Of a DNA stretch of 64,000 nt, positions 58,682 to 64,000 are shown piece after piece. Numbering within the stretch: position 1 is the stretch's first letter; each line of letters starts with the position of its first letter. Source of the DNA: the human T2T-CHM13v2.0 reference genome, Homo sapiens. Location of the stretch: NCBI RefSeq assembly GCF_009914755.1, contig NC_060931.1. One strand, given 5' to 3'. The notes under the pieces were generated by a model, which did not search any database, was not told the origin of the DNA, and saw only the letters and a program-made list of their open reading frames with translations. The position numbers and the translations under genes were made by a program.

Positions 58682-61600
58682 GAGGATGCATTCATTGTAT
58701 GACGTTTCCTTCAAATGGCGGACTAGGGGCAGGCAGAAAAGAGGACTGCCAAATAGCAGGTATTCACTACCTTTTGAAGTTACCTCAACTTCAATGTACC
58801 CTTTCTGATAGTGCCTTCAATACAGGCACCATTCAGTAAAACAATTCAGTGTAAAAACAATTGTATAGAGCATCTTAGAATATGTTTTTCTATGAAAATA
58901 AATTATAACTGATCATTATTATCTAAAAGGGTTTTATAAACTGTTCCTGATATAGGATTGAGCTACATTTCTAATATTAAAATTAAGAGTTTCTAAGCTC
59001 TTTATGTCCTAAATCCAGGCAAGCTGTGACCAAAATTAGGAAAAGTAGAATTAGGACCTGATAAAAATTTTGATAGCATCATTCATGACTGTGTGAGGGA
59101 AACTGAAAGTGAGTGGTAAAGAGCAGAGCTGTTTGCCGGAGTGAGGGCATTCGTAATAACATATTCCTTTCTCTTCTTATTCCTTGGACAGAATTCCTAC
59201 TTAGAAGCCTAAGAGTCAGAGCCTGCTTCCCCCATTTCCCTGTAACAAGTACATGTTTCCCCAAGGCCATGGGCAAACATGCAATTGAAGTAGGTAACTT
59301 TCACCTAATTAGGAAATAGTGGAAATCAATATAACTTAAAATGTTCTTTGGGTAAATATTTCATTGCATTGATTTCCACAAGTTATCTTTCACATACTTT
59401 CATGTTTATAAATGAGATTCAACACAAACATACTGTTTTTAAGTACTTTGCTTATTTTTCTATGGGTTTTATCTTTTCATTTGACTGCTTTTTATTTTCG
59501 GTTGCTACCGTATTAGACAATCTGACATAAAATCTGTGGTTGACAGCTAAAGAGTAATTTTATTCTTATTAGAGAATTTTGTATCACTAATTATAAAAGG
59601 TAAAATAAGAATCAGTTTAATGCTAATTATTGAAAATAAGAAGTAGATTATATCAAGGCCGTGGAAATAGTGATATAATAGCTCTTTTAAAATTCCTATC
59701 AGCCCATTGCTTTCACTTTTGTTATGGGAAAATATTTATTGTGGCAATGTTTCTTTTGTTTCCACTATAATACGAAAGTACATGGAAAATAAAAATATCA
59801 ATTCATAGCACACATTTAATAAAAATCAACAGGTACATATGATATTTTTCTTTCGTTATACTTTTGTAGTCCCTTTCAAAATAATCTGTACCAGGTCTCT
59901 TTAGACATTTTATAAGTGTCTGTAGAATTTGAATCCAAAGGAACCAAAATGATTATTATGGTAAACAAACTCAGATGAACTATCTCAAGTATGTCCACAC
60001 TACAAAGTTACAGAAAATGGCGTTGTATTAGTCACACATATTTCAATATAAAAATACTTTCTGAAGACCTAATGAAACATAACACATAATTTTCAGTTCT
60101 ATATTGCTTTTGTACTTTGGTGAATAAAGAATTCAAAACGTTCAAAGCATTATATAAAAACGATTCAACAGCAGAGTCATAAATAAAAATCTGGCTTCCT
60201 GATTCTTGATCTCTAAAAATAAAAAGTCTTTATAGTAATATGAAGACTTTTGCTTTTTGAGAAATGATTACTAAATGAGAGACACAGGCACTAGAAATAC
60301 AAGTAATGGCAAAAATCATACAACCCCATTTCTTTGAGAATTTCTTTGTTCCATCTGACAAAATTTTCACATCACCACTAAGAAAAATTAAGAAAAACTT
60401 GACAAATAATGGAGGTGGGGGTACACCGAACTCTGGATGGAGAGATTATGTGTGATTAAAGTTGTTAATTTTCCTAAATGTATTTAAAATTTCCATAATC
60501 CCTGACAAAAAATTACAAAAAACAGGAGTCTGCAGCTAGGAAAAACTATTAATCAATGAATTTTTGAAAGTTAATAATAGAGAAGGAAGAATGGCTTTAC
60601 TAAATAGTAAAGTAAATGATCAAACAATAGAAAAGTTGTCTGGACCTGGTGAAAGAACAGAAGAATTCACAGGAATAATTGACAGGAAGATTAAAAAAAC
60701 CAGAATATACTGGTCTGTTGTACGTAGTAATTACTAGAATAATAGATTTTAACTATACAAAGACATTTTTATTGTTCTCCGCTTGTCATTCTTTCAGGTC
60801 TTATTTTTAAGTTATTTCATTCTTCTGCCTTTAGTACATATTGTACACAATTTTTTTAAATAAGAATCCACATTTGGGATATGGTTCCTTAGAATAAATT
60901 ACTAGACATGGTATAGATTATTATATTTGAGGTTTATAACATATGTGATTAAACAACATTTCATAGTTTCTACTTTTCTATGTAAAAGTTTCTATTTCAA
61001 AACACTGGGTGCTTTTAGGTTCTTTTTATTTATTTTAGTATGCAGATGTGGAAAAAGATATATTGTCCCATCAATTTGTATTTCTTTATTGCAATGTTCT
61101 TATATGTTTAGTAACCACCTGTATTTCTTCTTACATGAATTGTACCCTGGCTCTGTGGTGGTACTCAGAATCCAGCCCTAAATGAAGGCTTGAATGCCAG
61201 TGTATTGGACAGGTCCAGGGTGCCCTTAGTATTGGCATACATTCTAGATGTATGACAATCTTGGCGCACAACTTCCCAGAATGGCAATGGGGCTTCTGGG
61301 CTCTGTCATGTTGTCTATTGCTAGTACAACAGAGCTTGGTATCTTTTTGACTGCTTCAGCTGGAGCAGGTTTAAGACATGTACAGTTTTTAGAAAAAGCA
61401 TAAACCCCCATTCATTCAGAATAACACTTGGGTGTATTTCAACGAACCTTTAAGTTGAAACTAATTCCCTTCGGATGAATAATATTTTTTGGATGGTTCG
61501 ACTTTAAAAGACCGATGAACATTTAAGGTAGGTAGAGAGGTCATTTAGCTGTGAAAATGTTTACAGTCTTTATATGTGGCTAGCCAGCCGGAAACAGAGC

Positions 61601-63049
61601 TCCACAGGGTCTGAGCTTTCCAGGGTGCTTTGAATAGTCCCAGAACTTGATTTTCCTCCTCTTATACACATGGACAGTCAAACCAGAATAATGGGAACCA
61701 TTCTGCATCAAAAGAATTTCTGCCATTCTCTTCTCTGAGGAAGGGTAAAAGTGGAAAGAAATCAACACACACTTAATTCAGGATATATGGTTAATGTATA
61801 CTCCAAATCAACATGAAACACTATTTTGTAAAGGAAGAGTTCAAAAAAAGAAAGGCTTTTTGTTCTTTTTCCTGAATTTGGCTATATAATTATGGGATCA
61901 TTTTCAAAAGAAACAGCAGGGAACCTGCCTTGCCTTTCTTAATTTTAGCAGGAGATAAACACTTTCACTTTCTGTGGATGAAAGGCACGTTCTTCATACA
62001 CATTATCATGTTTTTCACATTTAATATTAACCTTTCTATTGACCAAAGCTACATTTTAAGCCATCAGCAAATCCATTTTTAAATGCTTTTATCAAATTAG
62101 AATAAGAAGATATTACACTGAGAACAAAGGTGAAGCCTTGCTTTATGACTCAGATGCAACTTCTGTTTGTCATTTTCCCCTAACTGCAATCAATAGATCA
62201 TGCCTGAGTACAGTTCATCCAAAGAGCACTGAAGTTATTTAAATTCACCCTGCCAAGAAATATTATAAATGAACATATTAAAAATACCATAGAATATATA
62301 AATACCATAATGTTCTTCATGTCAAATTGAAAATAAATGAAGATCAGTTTTTTAAATTAAGAAGGTAAGAACAATTAGTAATTCATCACTGTCAATAAAG
62401 CCATAGATCAATTTCCAAAACATGAAGCTTAAACAACTTACTACTTACAAGTAATGGAAGTAATACAACTATACTATTCAACTATAGTAATACAACTATA
62501 CAACTATTTCTGGCACATAAAATATATTTAAAAGTTACAGCTTTTCCAAATACTATTATGATATATCAATTGTTTTTACCTTTCTGTAGTTGTCAGAAGT
62601 GTATATGTATAATGCTTGGGTATAAATTTTCCCAATAATTATAAAAGATATTCTTACCTACATGATTCTACATTTCAGAGATGCTACAACATAAAGAAAA
62701 AGTGTACAATATGACTTCTATTCTTATTTATTTGCTAGATTATACTCATTTGGAACAGTTATTTTCATTAGTATATAAACCCATAAAAGGTCTTTCACAT
62801 AAAACAAAGACTCTAAAACATATGGATATACATGTCCACATTCTAAATGTAACGTGTGACTGGAAAGCAAGAGAACATCAGCAGCACTGGGTGAAAACAG
62901 ATTTCACTGCAAGAAAGTTATCTGGAATATTCCTAGACCAAATTTGTTTTATAGCCAGAGTTCATGGTTTAGTCTAAAGAAAGAGAGCAAGAGTGTGTCT
63001 CAACTTCCCTTCCTTACAGCTGTGGTTGGAGTTCTACGTTAAAGGATCT

Positions 63050-63540
63050 GATTATACCATTTCCCTACCAGAATATTTTCAATTTGAATTGTGTGAAACA
63101 GTCTCTTGAACCTGGCTTACCAATTCTCTCATGATCTGGTTTTATCCACAAAGATTCATCTCCTCCAGCTTTTCAAACACGAACTGTTCAGTAACATGCC
63201 CAACTATTTGCAGCTTCCCAAATATCCCAAGTTCTTCTATACTTCTGTGCTTTGCATAATCATGCTTTTAACCTAAAATATACTGACCTTCTTAATTTTT
63301 ATTTACTCCTTGAGTTAACATGAGTCATCTCCTTTTTAAAAACTTCAGTGATCCTATGAGGCAGAGAGTATACTCTATCCACTGTGCCCCTTGGCACATT
63401 GAGCATGTCTCTAGTCCTTGTTGCACTATATTAGAATCATTTGATTACATATTTTCCCATCTCCAACTAAATAGTGCATACTTAATGGGCAGGGGCTGCT
63501 ATTATTAATGCAGGTGTAATGCCTGCAACATAGCAGGCAT
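63050..63540 (+). mobile_element. L2 relic
   Basis: Pyrimidine-rich L2 3' region (cccatctccaactaaatagtg..aatgggcaggggctg..tgcctgcaacatagcaggc). Confidence 0.5.
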
Positions 63541-63621
63541 AACCATGTGCCTGTGACATACCAAGCACAATAAATGTGCATATAATGCCAGTAACATAGC
63601 ATGTAATGCCTAGTATACAGC

Positions 63622-63829
63622 AGTTCTGATGAGAGCTGATGGTTTTAAAAGTGTTTGGCAGTTCCCCCTTTCCCCTCTCTTTCTCCTGCTGCCATGTAAG
63701 ACATGCCTTGCTTCCCCTTTGCCTTCCACCATGATTGTAAATTTTCTGAGTGAGGCCTCTTCAGGTATGTGGAACTATGAGCCAGTCTCAGATAGTATCT
63801 TTACAGCAGTGTGAGGATGGACTAATATA
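63622..63829 (+). mobile_element. MST/THE1-type MaLR LTR 3' half with internal deletion
   Basis: ctgatggttttaaaagtgtttggcagttcccc..ccatgtaagacatgccttgcttcccctttgccttccaccatgattgtaa..ggaactatgag^ccagtctcag..ggactaatata (ATTAAA segment deleted). Confidence 0.88.
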
Positions 63830-64000
63830 GTAAGCAATAAAATTCTTATCTGTAACCAAATTAAAAAAAATGAAATTTCTGTGCTCAGCTAACTTTCTCT
63901 CTATTGCACTCACCTTATACAGCAAGCACAATAAATGTGAAATGAAAGAATGAATGAGCCTAGGCAGCAGACTGAGAAGTCTAACCAATGATTAAACCAG

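Noticed and set aside
60301-60316. aagtaatggcaaaaa, similar to the MADE1 centre
   Set aside because: Only about 15 bp in AT-rich DNA and no TIR ends; plausibly chance.

Overview
Human (AT-rich, repeat-rich) genomic DNA from inside the THSD7A gene (thrombospondin type-1 domain-containing 7A), transcribed on the minus strand. Three consecutive coding exons join in frame across canonical GT-AG introns: 18756-18950 (195 nt), 11310-11544 (235 nt) and 6855-6970 (116 nt, missed by the ORF track). From memory these are probably exons 7-9. Everything above about 18.95 kb is a single intron of more than 45 kb. It holds a near-full-length old L1 (L1PA13/14/L1PREC2 class) with a 12-bp TSD, a nested L1MA/L1PB1/L1PA5-type cluster, a short human-specific pre-Ta L1HS, several Alus, MaLR and ERV1 solo LTRs, MIR/L2 relics and MER5 DNA elements. 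No prokaryote-type system is present. The most notable observations are: an in-frame, stop-free 546-nt three-exon block flanked by inverted Alus (circRNA and rolling-circle translation candidate); a pre-Ta L1HS with a perfect 53-bp internal duplication, no TSD and sense-oriented poly(A) signals; a templated 16-bp fold-back insertion in L1 ORF2; a solo Hsmar1/MADE1 TIR; a tailless U2 retrocopy; a candidate poison exon; and sense-oriented MaLR LTRs, one with an intact DUX4 motif. Repeat subfamily calls come from recalled consensus sequences, and the boundaries of old repeats are approximate.
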